Assembly: GCA_002269645.1 (NCBI GenBank)
Contig: NIVC01000946.1
Span: 337,101 to 401,100, forward strand
Source of the DNA: Macrostomum lignano
Lineage: Eukaryota
Reading direction: 5' to 3'
DNA length: 64,000 nucleotides
The translations under genes and the position numbers were made by a program. The notes under the pieces are model-generated. The model saw only the letters and a program-made list of their open reading frames with translations. It made no database searches and was not told where the DNA came from. This document shows, piece after piece, positions 12,393 to 54,958 of this stretch (position 1 is its first letter; every line of letters begins with the position of its first letter).

Positions 12393-13229
12393 ATGTCGCA
12401 CCCTGCGTCACAAGCAATACTACTAGTCTCATTAGTACTGCTGCCGTTGGCTATTTATGCCGTTGAAATCAATAGCAAGCCAGATTCCGCAGCCGCCAGC
12501 AACGCCACGTACTCGAACCTGACTAGCGAAGATTTGAGCTCGCTGCCGCTGTCCGAACGGACTGTGGCCGGGGCGCTGCGGCTGTGCCAGGAGAAATCGC
12601 CTGGCGAGTTCTGCGCCTGGCTTCGAGTCGATCCCGACACGGAGCTGGTGAGCGGCGGCGCCTGCTTCAACGAGGCCAAGCACTCGTGCAATAAGATTGG
12701 CTACACTGGCAGCAAGAATAATCGGCGGGCTTATCGCTATCTGACCTGCGGCGGCTGCGACTCCTGCGCTAGCGAGAAAGCCACGAGTAACTGCGATACG
12801 CCTGACAGCAACTGCACTCTGCTCTGCTACTGCAGCTGCGGACAGCGGCTTCTGAGTGGCGGCTCCTCCAGCGATTCCTCGGCCTCCTATAATACTACTA
12901 TTGGCGACAATTGGCACTTTGCTTATCCTTGCACCGGAGTGTGCGATAAGAATTATAACTGTCCAGGCTATGAAGACGAGAATGCGCTCATGTGCGATCA
13001 TCTGTATTCTACTGACATCAAATGGTCGTGGGATGCGTTTGTTAAAATGTTTGAACGACCGCAGATTAAAATATTGACTGCTTTTCTGGTCCTGTGCTTA
13101 CCGGTTATGGTGCTCCTCATGCTGAATAAGAAATACCGCTGGTTGCCTTGGATGCTTAAACACCCGCCCCCGCCACGTTCCAGCGCTGATAGCGCCCTGC
13201 TGGCTCAGCAGCAGTCTGCCAACACCTAG
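12393..13229 (+). CDS. Type I membrane protein B (278 aa), paralog of protein A, with a short cytoplasmic tail
   Basis: Signal peptide AILLVSLVLLPLAIYA. Shared blocks LRLCQEKSPGEFCAW / LQLCMRQSPELFCAW, CFNEAKHSC / CFNEVKFGC, CYCSC and CDKNYNCPGYEDENALMC. TM ILTAFLVLCLPVMVLLML followed by KKYR. Confidence 0.85.
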   Translation: MSHPASQAILLVSLVLLPLAIYAVEINSKPDSAAASNATYSNLTSEDLSSLPLSERTVAGALRLCQEKSPGEFCAWLRVDPDTELVSGGACFNEAKHSCNKIGYTGSKNNRRAYRYLTCGGCDSCASEKATSNCDTPDSNCTLLCYCSCGQRLLSGGSSSDSSASYNTTIGDNWHFAYPCTGVCDKNYNCPGYEDENALMCDHLYSTDIKWSWDAFVKMFERPQIKILTAFLVLCLPVMVLLMLNKKYRWLPWMLKHPPPPRSSADSALLAQQQSANT

Positions 13230-13374
13230 GGTGCATGCGTAGCCTGTGTGCACCCAGGTTGCATTGCCCAGGATTGGATTTACAATAGGTGGATTAATAG
13301 GTTAACTAGTGAGAGAGTCAATTACCGGTAAGGAAATGGATTAGTGGGTCTGGACTTGATAAATGAATGGATGA

Positions 13375-13790
13375 ACTAGATTATCAGGTTATGAAATGGA
13401 TTAACGGGTGTGGAATTGATTAATAATGGGTACATGAAATGGATTATCAGGTTGGGAAATGGATTAACGGGTGTGGAATTGATTAAGGGGTAGGTGAAAT
13501 GGATTATCAGGTTGGGAAATGGATTAACGGGTGTGGAATTGATTAAGGGGTAGGTGAAATGGATTATCAGGTTGGGAAATGGATTAACGGGTGTGGAATT
13601 GATTAAGGGGTAGGTGAAATGGATTATCAGGTTGGGAAATGGATTAACGGGTGTTGAATTGATTAATGGGTACATGAAATGGATTATCAGGTTGGGAAAT
13701 GGATTAACGGGTGTGGAATTGATTAATAATGGGTACATGAAATGGATTATCAGGTTGGGAAATGGATTTTTGGCTAACTGGGATGGATTA
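13375..13790. repeat. ~60-bp minisatellite downstream of gene B
   Basis: aaatggattatcaggttgggaaatggattaacgggtgtggaattgattaa... units. Confidence 0.9.
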
Positions 13791-15675
13791 ACGAACGGGG
13801 AAGTGGATTAACGTGTACGCGGAATTAAGTGAGGTTGATTAACAAGCATAAAAATGGATTAATAGATAGTATTAACATATCTAGGAAGACAACGGGTTGT
13901 AGTTTCAAGAGATAGATTAAAATGTAGTAGAATTGATCAACTGTTTCTAGTTGAATTAAATAAGTGTGATAAAAGTTGAATTGACTGTTTGTAAGGTTGA
14001 GCACAAGTTTATTAGCAATTTTGCTATTAGCAATTAGAGTGCGATGTCTTAGCGAAACACTGTATAGACTAGTACTCGTATTCGCTTTCGTTTTCACTTC
14101 CGATATTTATTTTACTTGTACAATAGTCTTTTATCAATCCTCCTTTCATTGCAACAGTTTTAAATTGACAGGTTCATGTAAAGTCAATTTGACAACGGAA
14201 TATTAATGGGTATAACAAAAAATGACTGATGAAAATTTAAATCGATAACAAAAAAATCTGCTTTTGTAGGCTGCTTTTTAGTTTGGCTTATTTAAAAAAA
14301 TCTTTAACTTTGTTATACCGTGTCCGCAAAATTTTCCGGTTTAGAAGGTTTCCGGGTTTGTAAAAATATAAAAAAACAGTCTAATAAGCTACTCGTATAT
14401 GCCAGCTTTTCATTCGGTTTTCTAAGCGAACCATTTGGCCCTAGATGTGACCCCTCGGCCATAATTGCCTTTTGCTAACTTAACTGCATAAATAGGCATA
14501 GAATCTGATATTCTTGATCAATAAACTTATTGCATTGAAAGCCTATATTACCGTCTTACTCTTCTCAGTAATGAATCTCTTAAAAAATTTAAGCATAAGT
14601 GACAGAATTTGGCGAACCGTTGTGATTGTCTGACCTTAAAATCCGGCTGAGTCCGGAGTCCTCTTGCCCTGGGTGCCTCTTCTCCCGACCCCTTGGCCTG
14701 GCCCCCAATAATGAGCTGGATAGGCGATGCCCTTGGGTTGGCAGCAATAGAGGTGGACGGTCTTCCCGCCTGGAGTCTCCCCCTCGGATACAAGCCTTCC
14801 AGACTCACTCCAAATTAGAGCTGGGTAGTGAAAAGCCTTGAGGCTCGAGACCTACAGTTGTCGGATTCTGTATAGGATCGCTCTTGGTAATTAGCTGCCC
14901 AGACTCGCTCCAATAGTTTAAGCCATTTCCAAGGTTTAGGAGTAGTTCCTCACTTGGACCGCTTTCAGTAGTATCCCAAACTTTTCGTTTTCAAATTTCT
15001 CTGCGCACACCCAAAAGACTTGCTGGCTGGGGGGGTGGTCTGGGTGGATTCGGTCCTAGCACCGTCCCTGATTCCACTGTTGGTTTGGCGGTGTCTTGTA
15101 CCATAGGCTTGAAGTCCCTCGCCCCTTCCCTAGCTTTAAGCTGGGGCCCAACTAAATTGGTATTTGGGTATCTCGGGTACACAGTCTTATCTGTGCCCTT
15201 GGCAGTGCCCTCTGCGGCAGAGCCCCTCCCAGGGCTGATCCGCGGGTAGCTAAGCTTCCCACCCCCGTTTAACAACAACCTTAAAATATCAAAGCTTCAT
15301 TTTAAAAGCTTCATTAATTCTATAATTTTTTCTATGCAGATTTGAATTCATCATTTTCGTTACACCTGATCTTATTGTTTATATTTGTTTGTTTCAATTC
15401 TTCGTTTTATTTGCAATGTACGGTAAAAAATTGAAAAACCTCCCCTTTTTTCTTCGCCATACTTCGCTTAACTTAACTACTGAATATAATAAGTAGTATG
15501 CTGCACTGTTTTTATCTTTTTAATTCTATTTTTAATATATGACATGCGTTTTGCTTGGAATGAGAACGGCTTTTCCCATGCAGTGTTGTACACAAACACA
15601 TGCACTGACTCTTTGGACTCCGCTTCTCTTGTACAACCGAAATTTAAAGAATTTTACGCTCTAGATACTGAAGGA

Positions 15676-16547
15676 ATTGGTCTGCACACTCGATACCTGC
15701 TCCTCAGTCACACCTGATCATTGGTCTGCACACTCGATACCTGCTCCTCAGTCACACCTGATCATTGGTCTGCACACTCGATACCTGCTCCTCAGTCACA
15801 CCTGATCATTGGTCTGCACACTCGATACCTGCTCCTCAGTCACACCTGATCATTGGTCTGCACACTCGATACCTGCTCCTCAGTCACACCTGATCATTGG
15901 TCTGCACACTCGATACCTGCTCCTCAGTCACACCTGATCATTGGTCTGCACACTCGATACCTGCTCCTCAGTCACACCTGATCATTGGTCTGCACACTCG
16001 ATACCTGCTCCTCAGTCACACCTGATCATTGGTCTGCACACTCGATACCTGCTCCTCAGTCACACCTGATCATTGGTCTGCACACTCGATACCTGCTCCT
16101 CAGTCACACCTGATCATTGGTCTGCACACTCGATACCTGCTCCTCAGTCACACCTGATCATTGGTCTGCACACTCGATACCTGCTCCTCAGTCACACCTG
16201 ATCATTGGTCTGCACACTCGATACCTGCTCCTCAGTCACACCTGATCATTGGTCTGCACACTCGATACCTGCTCCTCAGTCACACCTGATCATTGGTCTG
16301 CACACTCGATACCTGCTCCTCAGTCACACCTGATCATTGGTCTGCACACTCGATACCTGCTCCTCAGTCACACCTGATCATTGGTCTGCACACTCGATAC
16401 CTGCTCCTCAGTCACACCTGATCATTGGTCTGCACACTCGATACCTGCTCCTCAGTCACACCTGATCATTGGTCTGCACACTCGATACCTGCTCCTCAGT
16501 CACACCTGATCATTGGTCTGCACACTCGATACCTGCTCCTCAGTCAC
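15676..16547. repeat. Near-perfect 44-bp minisatellite, ~20 copies
   Basis: ggtctgcacactcgatacctgctcctcagtcacacctgatcatt repeated without spacers. Confidence 0.97.
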
Positions 16548-17509
16548 GCCTAGTGGGACACCGAAAGTATCGCAGTATCTGTGCTGAGCATCCTGCTGTC
16601 TGCCCTTGGCTTCATCATATGCTTCTAGACTTGTCCCATCCACTCACGCAGTGTAGACAGCGGCCCTGACTCTCATTAGGGGCTTAGCTGACCGCAGGAA
16701 AGACATCAAATGCTAGGGTTAGGATGTTCTTCAGGAAGTGTACATGTAGCTCGTAGGGTCTGTTGGTCTGTTGGAAAGTTGTCTCCTGAGTTCACAGCTA
16801 ATAAAAGCTGACGAAGAGTGACTCCAGATAGCTTTTTACACATATTTAGAAGGACAACATGTGATTACAATCCGTTTAGCTCTTTACGTAGTGAATCAGT
16901 AAAAGGTAACTCAATATAAGATACATGTTAACAACGTTAAATAATTTGACCTTACATGTATATTTCACAAATATTAATAGTTGAATCGTGAAAATTGTTT
17001 CTTTGAAAGTTATTAGTTTATTACTTGATAATCTTAATTCTATTTTGTGGGTTTCAGTTCAGACAGCAAATAAAATTGATTTTTCCAAAAGGAATAGTAG
17101 GATATAGTTTAGATTATCAAATATTCTAGGTAGTATCAAATGACAAATTTGACAAAAACAGAAAATAACTTTTAAAAATGGTCAGGCACAAGACTATATG
17201 GATTTAAATATTTTATCACAGGCCTGTGGAATTTTCATTAATTCATTTTGCCGTTGAAAATATATGCGTCATAGAAACTGTTACTTCACCAGCTTAGCGG
17301 CAGCTTTCAAACCATTTGATAAAAAATATATTTTAGTTAAGCCGTGGATTGGCCTGCTGCCTGGCTTGACTCCACAATGCCAGAGGCTCTCTGCAAAAAT
17401 AGTTGTTTAAAAAAACCTGGGCTTGTGAATTACGAACAATACACAATAATTAATTCAGTAGTATCTAATATAATATATTATTTTCTATCCCTTTCTTACG
17501 CTCGTAACA

Positions 17510-17950
17510 CGCCCGTGTCACTTCTCTATGGTCCCAATTATATAGCCAGCTATCCTCGTGATCGGGGTTGATTTGTCTATGTACATTAGCCAAACGCCGC
17601 GTGAAAGACAGTGTACATAGCTTAACTAGAGAATATTCTTATCTTGTCCACCTCCCCTGACTTTCTAAGCACGTCGTCACTTCTGTGTGTACAAATTTTT
17701 TGCCAGCTTTCCTCGCGCTTTGAGGTTGGGGGTTACGCTGTCAAAGTGCGCCATTAGCTAACCGCCGCCCGAAAGACAATGTAGTGCTATAATATATTCT
17801 TCTCTTGCCTCTGACTTTCTAAAAAAGACCTTGTCACTTCTGTATTCGTCTATTCGTCCCAATTTTATTGCCAGCTATCCTCGCGTTCTGGGGTTGAATG
17901 GGGATTAACTGCCAATGTACATTAGCTAACCGCCGCGCGAAGGGCTATGT
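17510..17950. repeat. Three degenerate tandem copies of a ~160-bp unit
   Basis: Anchors gtcacttct, gccagct(a/t)tcctcg and cattagc(c/t)aa..cgccgc recur in order three times. Confidence 0.7.
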
Positions 17951-19118
17951 ACATCCACAGCTATTCATGAACTGTTTAAAAAGTTATCACGTGATTTTGA
18001 CTTTAAACGATCGAGTGAGTTCTCTCTCCATCTTTAGTCAATTACGCAGAAAATGGTAGGGATTTGCTTTACTTGCTTCTTAGTAACAGTTCGTGCCCAA
18101 TGAGCTATAGATTTTTTATTCCAATTAAAATCAAAATTAAAAAAACTCACCGAAATTTTCTTCAACTGCCGAAGTCGCCACAACTTCTGCTCTTCTTCTT
18201 TCTTCTTCTTCCTGTGCTCCTCGATCTGAAGCGGAAGATTAAAAGACATCTTGTCACTGTGTTATTTAATTTTAGCGAAATTTGATCGCGACCTTAAAAT
18301 TCATTTTATCAACCAGAGTATCTTCTGCATTTTTTATAAATCAATATGCCCTTGATTGAAGGGTTAGAACGACGAAGACGTTGCAAGGCCAAGAGGATCT
18401 TTGCATCCAGATTCCCATCCGTCCTCTGTGGCTTCATCACGCAGCTTTTCTTTATCCCCGATTCCAAATAGGATGCGAGCAACCCTCTTTACTCTCCTCT
18501 CCGTTTTAGATGGCTATTCAAGCTTATAAAGTATAGATGGCATATATAGTTTATCTGCAATCCTTTACTCAACCGCGGGAGCAAGAAGTTAAAATTAAAT
18601 TGCACTTTTAAAGCGTCATAGCTAAATAGCAAGATAGAGCAAGCTTCTAATGAGATATTTCGTGTCGCTAAGAGGGACAAGAGAGACTTGGAAACTGACC
18701 AATTGACATGTCTGGACCGAGCCCGCAATTCAGTTCTAAGCCAAGTACATGTAAGTGTGTCACGCAATCCAAGCCCTGTTTCGGTGCGTTCAGTTTAGAC
18801 TATTAAACTATTCAGACGACATTCATTTTACTATACTCAGTACATGTACAGGTACGAGTATACTAAACATTTGGATGTTTACGGGACGGGAGGGACTTTT
18901 CATTGTATAGGACAACTGTGCCCTGGGGGCTTTCTGGCATAGCTGGCTGATATGGGAAAAGAAATTGCCGAAAATTGGGCAATCAGTCAACCAAGCTTTA
19001 CCCTTTAGTTCTCAGAAGATCAAGCCTGCAGCTCTTATATTTATATAAGTACGAGTTTATATTATATTTGTATGTTAGTATTAGGTTTATAAAGAATTGG
19101 CCAATTCAGACAGATCAA

Positions 19119-19386
<268 letters not shown>

Positions 19387-20352
19387 GGAGAGTCGCTGGA
19401 AAATGCATTACTGAGATAGAAAGTTTCCAGCTTATTGGGACACTAAATTCCAATGATATCACCCTTTGGATTTCTGACAATTGAAGTCTTCAAAAATATT
19501 CAGCTTAGCCAGGAGTTTATTTAATGCGCAGCTAGATAAGCGTAAATATTTATGATGAAGTATATAGGTTGGATAGTGTGCTGATTGCAGAAACAGAACT
19601 TTACATTTTTATGAATAGGCTAGCTAGGTGAATTAGGGTCAACATGCGTGCAACATTTTGTCTGATGTTGAGACTGTGAAAATACTTAATTAATTATTGG
19701 ATATCACTAAAAGAAACAAAAAATCAAATTTTGTGTAGATCCATTCCAAATACAATTCTGAGTAGGTCTTATTAACAATATAGAGAGTATGGAATCGGTA
19801 CCTTCCGTGACGAAGTTTTCAATAAAAAATTCTGTTTGTTATTATTGCACTCTTTGTTGCTCCGTGAAAAAACCCCGAAAAAACTACTGACCACAGATAC
19901 TAAAATAACTAGGATGGGCCACTCAGGCATATATACTTAGTAAAACAGCTTTCTACTTTTTCAGTAGCAAAGATGAATACATAAGCTATTATATAAAAAT
20001 TAAGGCAGCTGAAATGACTTTGATAAGTTTAGAAGCCCAGCTTGCAGGCGTAAACAACTTGGTTCAGCAATAATGTACATTGGCCAGTCCACTAAATGTA
20101 CATGGTAGCTTTAGGCTGGAATTCCGAGAAAGGCAAAAAAATTGGGGCGGGGCGGGGCGGGGGGTAATGTGGAAAGACGCGGTTGGAGGGTTTAGGCTGG
20201 GGGGTAGAAGCCAATAAATGAGCCTTGGCTTTAAAAATACATTAAAATGCTTCTGTTTAACTTACTACTGAACTGAAAGTAGCCTACACGCATATGTGCT
20301 GAGTGGCCCATCTAGTTATTCTAATATTTGTGGTACTGATCAAGCGTTCGAA

Positions 20353-21786
20353 TCAGCCGCGACGGCTGGCCAGGATCCAGATTGTGGCCACCAAGTTCAG
20401 CAGGCAGTAGATGACGAAGAACATTCTGTCCAGCACGATGCCCATGTACCGCCAGGTGTTGGCGAAGCCCGACCCGCCCTCCGGCGGCGGGTGACGGCAC
20501 GCCGACTTATTCGTCATTATTGTTGGCGCGGTCGGAATTGCCGCCTCCTCGGTTCCGGCGTCGCAGTCGAGATTCTCATCCTGTCCCTCGTCGTCCTTGG
20601 TGCCGTCGTTGTCTCCGTCTCCCTGATCGGCCCTCGCGCCGGACGTTGGACTGCGCGGATTCATGCGGAACGACAGCAGCTTGACGCGGCCATTGTGATG
20701 CGTGGCCCGGAAGCCGACCAGCGGGCCCAGCCGGTAGCAGCAGGCCGTGAGCCAGGCTGGCGGGCAGAAGTCGTTCGGCTTCAAGCTGATATTGTAGGCC
20801 GCGATGACCATGAGTGTGCACAGGCCCACTAGGCAGACTGTCAGGCAGAAGTACACTCCTAGGACCGGAACGGCGTCGCCTGAGCGGGGAATGTTGTCGG
20901 CGATGAGTAGCAGGAACACCACCAGGGACAGCAGGATGGTGGTGGAGTAGGCGATCCGCTCGCCGCACTCGGTCGGCAAGAAGAAGGAGAACGCGGCCAG
21001 CCAGGCCAGCAGCATGCAGGGGAACAGCATGTAGGCCTGGTGGAACAGGTACTTGCGCCGCAGCCGCAGCTGGAACACCACCTCGGAGTAGATGGCCGGC
21101 TCGGCGCTCTCGTCAACTCCGATTTGTCGAGGCGTCAGCTGCGTGAACGCCGGGAAGCCGGTGACCTCCCATTCGCCGTTGCTGGCTGACTCGAACGCGT
21201 GATCGTTGGCGTCGCCGGCCTTGCGGGTGAGCAGGAAGTTGCTGGTGTCCTTCGTCCAGCTGCTGAAGGTGATGTTGCAGCGCTGGCTGTCGTAGGGGAA
21301 GCGGCTGATGTCGATTCGGCAGAAGGACTTCAGCAGGGCCTGGGCGCCCAGTTTGACCCAGCCGTCGCTGCGCACCCGAGCCGTGGACTCGCCGTAGATG
21401 AACATGCCCTCCTCGAAGTTGCCGTGCAACGACTCGTAGAAGATGAGGTCCGGGTACCAGAGCTCCTCGGATTTGATGGCGAACTCGGTGACATTGTTGA
21501 ATCCGGCCGGGTCCCACATCAGGCGGCAGTCTCGCCAGGTTGACTCAATCCACACGTCGACGCTGAGCATCTGGGTTGGCTCGTCCAGGTCGAACAGCTG
21601 GTAGAGCAGCATGTCCTGGCCGACCTCGAGTCGGTCGCCCTGCTTGCAGATCGGCATGGCATTGCTGTTGTATCCATCGAACAGGCTGGTCAGAAGGTCG
21701 TCGTAGATGGTCTTCGCGGCAACGGCCTTGGCATCGCAGGGCAGCAGCAGAAGTAGCAGCGGGAGGTGCAGCAGAATCCGAGGCAT
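20353..21786 (-). CDS. Nicotinic acetylcholine receptor-like Cys-loop ligand-gated ion channel subunit, non-alpha type, predicted cation-selective, intronless (477 aa)
   Basis: ATG at 21786 followed by a signal peptide (ILLHLPLLLLLLPCDA). WYPDL, Cys-loop CRIDISRFPYDSQRC, SSWT loop B, LRLRRKYLF pre-M1, M2 ECGERIAYSTTILLSLVVFLLLI and M4 VLDRMFFVIY are all present. No vicinal Cys in loop C. Confidence 0.93.
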   Translation of the reverse strand: MPRILLHLPLLLLLLPCDAKAVAAKTIYDDLLTSLFDGYNSNAMPICKQGDRLEVGQDMLLYQLFDLDEPTQMLSVDVWIESTWRDCRLMWDPAGFNNVTEFAIKSEELWYPDLIFYESLHGNFEEGMFIYGESTARVRSDGWVKLGAQALLKSFCRIDISRFPYDSQRCNITFSSWTKDTSNFLLTRKAGDANDHAFESASNGEWEVTGFPAFTQLTPRQIGVDESAEPAIYSEVVFQLRLRRKYLFHQAYMLFPCMLLAWLAAFSFFLPTECGERIAYSTTILLSLVVFLLLIADNIPRSGDAVPVLGVYFCLTVCLVGLCTLMVIAAYNISLKPNDFCPPAWLTACCYRLGPLVGFRATHHNGRVKLLSFRMNPRSPTSGARADQGDGDNDGTKDDEGQDENLDCDAGTEEAAIPTAPTIMTNKSACRHPPPEGGSGFANTWRYMGIVLDRMFFVIYCLLNLVATIWILASRRG

Positions 21787-23431
21787 TGTCAGAGAGATTG
21801 CGCCAGAATAAATCGGTGCAACTTTCAAGTTTAAAGCGGTGACCTGGGAATCTCGGGCAGCTGGGCAGGGCAGAAGGTTTCGGCAAGAATGGTGATTATT
21901 TATCAGTATTCCAGGCCGAGCGTTCTCTTAGCTTGCCGCCTGCTTGCGTCTTGCGATTCTGTCCAATCTGGGGCAGCGAAGCCGCTTGTTCCAGTTTCTA
22001 GACTTGTTTCCAAGCTAAAGTCGCGGCACACCAGCATCGGTTTTTAGGGCTGGCCTGGCTTCTGGCTTGCACGGACGCGCACTTTTTATTATCGACTCCC
22101 CCTCCCTCCCCTCCTCTTCCTCCGGCCCCTCAATGCTTGGCGACCTTGCTTGGCGTCAAATGGAGAGCAGGATTCGCCGGGAACAGAGAGAAAGAGAAAG
22201 ATGTGGGGCCGGCACAAGGGGAGGCAGGGAGGTGCCGTACGCAGCCTCCACCCAACCTGACACACTAGCTGCATCTATCTATCTGCTGCCTGTCCAAAGC
22301 GGCAAATCTCAAGCGCCATTAGTCTCTCTTCGACGCGTCGCTTTCTTTCTCTGTTCTCATGCGTCTTCTCCCCCTCTGTATCTCAAATCCGTGTACTTGT
22401 ACACCATCTAGTTTAGTCCCTATAGCTGCTGTTGAACTGAGTACTGTAGAGGCTCGATAGACAACGGATCGGAGTTGGCCATTGTGCTGATATAATTTGG
22501 CTATTCATTTCTAGCTCCAACTTTCATGCTATCCGGCTCTAGCAGTGGGTGGATAGGTAATCTATCTACCTATCTATAAGTAGTATTGTTATCTACTAAC
22601 GGCTTGGCTCCGTTGTAGCTTCAGAGATATTTTCTGAGCAGAGTAGCCAAGGAGACCGCTAACGTAAATCTGGAGTTATCGGCCTCTTCCCCACTCACAA
22701 AGCTTCCACACAGCGGGGATAGGAGGGGAGTTTCAGCGATATAAAAGTCTACTAATTTAACATAGAATTATTTTGCTCTGGTGAAACCAATTTTAAAAAG
22801 ATTGGCCTTTAATTTCTTAGCTTCTCAACAGAGATTAGAAATTGAGAGAAATCGCGAATGAAAATGAGGTTGTTAACAGTAGCTTTTCCAGGTTTTGTTT
22901 CACAGGTCTCCTTGGAACAGCTCTCGGGCAGCAGTTGATTTTAGCTGATTAATGATTTATGACAGGCGAGGACAATGCCCAACCACACACTGGACGCTGA
23001 GAGGATTGTGGGGCCGAAATAATTTCTAGTTGTGCGCTTCTGTAGTAGATGTGAGATACCCACTGATCCTAATTATAGTCATGTTAATCCCAAGGATTAT
23101 GTTCCTTGGCAAATTTTAGCTCGTAGGAGGCAGGAGGCACCAATGAGCCGAGCCGAGCCATTTTTATTGTTTTTAGGCACAGGACATTGCCATTGTTACA
23201 TAGAATATAAAATCAGCATAGAATCCTAATTCCACATCTACCACAGAAAGGTAAAACTTATAAAAAGATGAACATTGGGTCTGCCTTCTATCAAAAGCAA
23301 GAACAGTTTTTGTGCTGAAACGATAAAACACTCCTATCTCCGTAATGTATTTTCTTCCGAAAATTTTTCCAAGAAACGTTGTTTCCCATCCTTCTATTTT
23401 AGTAGTCCTTGGATGAGCCAAGGTAACTTAC

Positions 23432-53720
<30,289 letters not shown>

Positions 53721-54215
53721 CAGCTGCTACGTGAGTCCGGAATTTCGTCCGATTTGGCAATCAAGTCAAAAAAGCTGCCTCGTTGCTTCCAAGACAAGAA
53801 AGAGTTTAGACAGAGTTTATTTTACTAATGCGCAACATTGCTTTCTCAGGCTTGACGGAGAGATGAAATACAACTTGGAGTGAGAGCGGGTGGGGCCGTT
53901 TCCGGCTGTGTGCACTCAAGTTCGAGATGGTGCACTGCATGCACACTGTACACCGAGCTCTCACCCTGTCCATCTGCCTCTCTTGCTCTCTCTCACCCTC
54001 TTCTTTCCCTCAGACTGGCTCGTACTGCGCCCCGCATCCATGTGAAACGTGAGTGCATTTCTGCGAGCAAATCTTTCTCGTTTCTACGCTCGCAAGAATA
54101 GATTTTTCCGCTCAAAAAGCAGAGAGAGAACAATAGGGAGGTAGGGCTTGAGTATATTTGTTTGAGTGGAGCTTTCCGTCATGGCCACTATTAGCAAGGC
54201 CAGATAAAGTATGCT

Positions 54216-54486
54216 AGTAGTATAGAAAAAGACGCTTCTAGACCCAGAGCACTTTTTTAATGACCGTTTTAAGGGTCTAGAGGGGGGACACGGGGGGTAA
54301 ATAAAAAAACACATCTAAACACCATTAATACATCTAATCACCCATAATCACCCCTAACAATAAAAATCACTTCCAAACACTTCCAAACACTCCCCAACAC
54401 CCCCCTCGCGTCCCCCCTCTTAAGACCTTACAAACGGCCATTAAAATAAGGTCTGATCTAGAAGCGTCTTTTTCTATACTACTACT
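54216..54486. repeat. Inverted repeat of the Polinton-type terminus (arms ~54216-54298 and ~54400-54486)
   Basis: agtagtatagaaaaagacgcttctaga at 54216 versus tctagaagcgtctttttctatactactact ending at 54486. Confidence 0.85.
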
Positions 54487-54958
54487 CTACCCAACACTTC
54501 CAACACTTCCAACACTTCCAACACACCCCAACACTTCTAACACTTCAAATTCTCTATAACCCCTCGCACGCGCCGCAGGCGCGAAGGGGCACAGTCTGAC
54601 CCAAACTGAGTCATAGAAAAGGAACAGTGTTTAACTATCTTAAAGCAGCTCACAAAAAGAAAAACTTTGCATGATCACCCCAAAGGGTCGCAGACAGTAT
54701 AATGACTAACGTGGGAATTCGGGTTTCTATTATACTCATCATTTACCGAAGCGCAAACCTCAGACTCAAACTGGCTACAACAGGAAGGTGAGTTGCTTAC
54801 TCATGAAAAGCGCTTTTATTATTTTCAGCACTCCACCCCAAGCTTTAATTGTGTGTATAAGAATGATGAAATCTAAAAAACTAGCCACAGCAAATAGTCT
54901 CTTATTTATGCACAACTCCTAATATCTGTCTTTTACAAGAACTAACAAACGTATTATC

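Noticed and set aside
14548-15280. GC-richer island with short Pro/Gly-rich ORFs, possibly a retroelement remnant
   Set aside because: No RT, integrase, Gag zinc-knuckle or endonuclease motif is recognisable, and the ORFs lack ATG starts or are short
15676-16547. CRISPR-like regular array of 44-bp repeats
   Set aside because: The units are contiguous with no unique spacers, there are no cas genes, and the context is eukaryotic; it is a minisatellite
18300-18800. Short minus-strand ORFs, possibly a Penelope/LINE fragment
   Set aside because: No GIY-YIG or RT motif could be identified
20296-21842. Several plus-strand and alternative-frame ORFs overlapping the nAChR-like gene
   Set aside because: Shadow ORFs caused by high GC3 in the real gene
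22880-23010. Candidate last exon of the ITPR-like gene (LKSTAARELFQGDL* or RPVCGWALSSPVINH*)
   Set aside because: Two plausible phase-0 acceptors and no sequence conservation to choose between them; left unresolved
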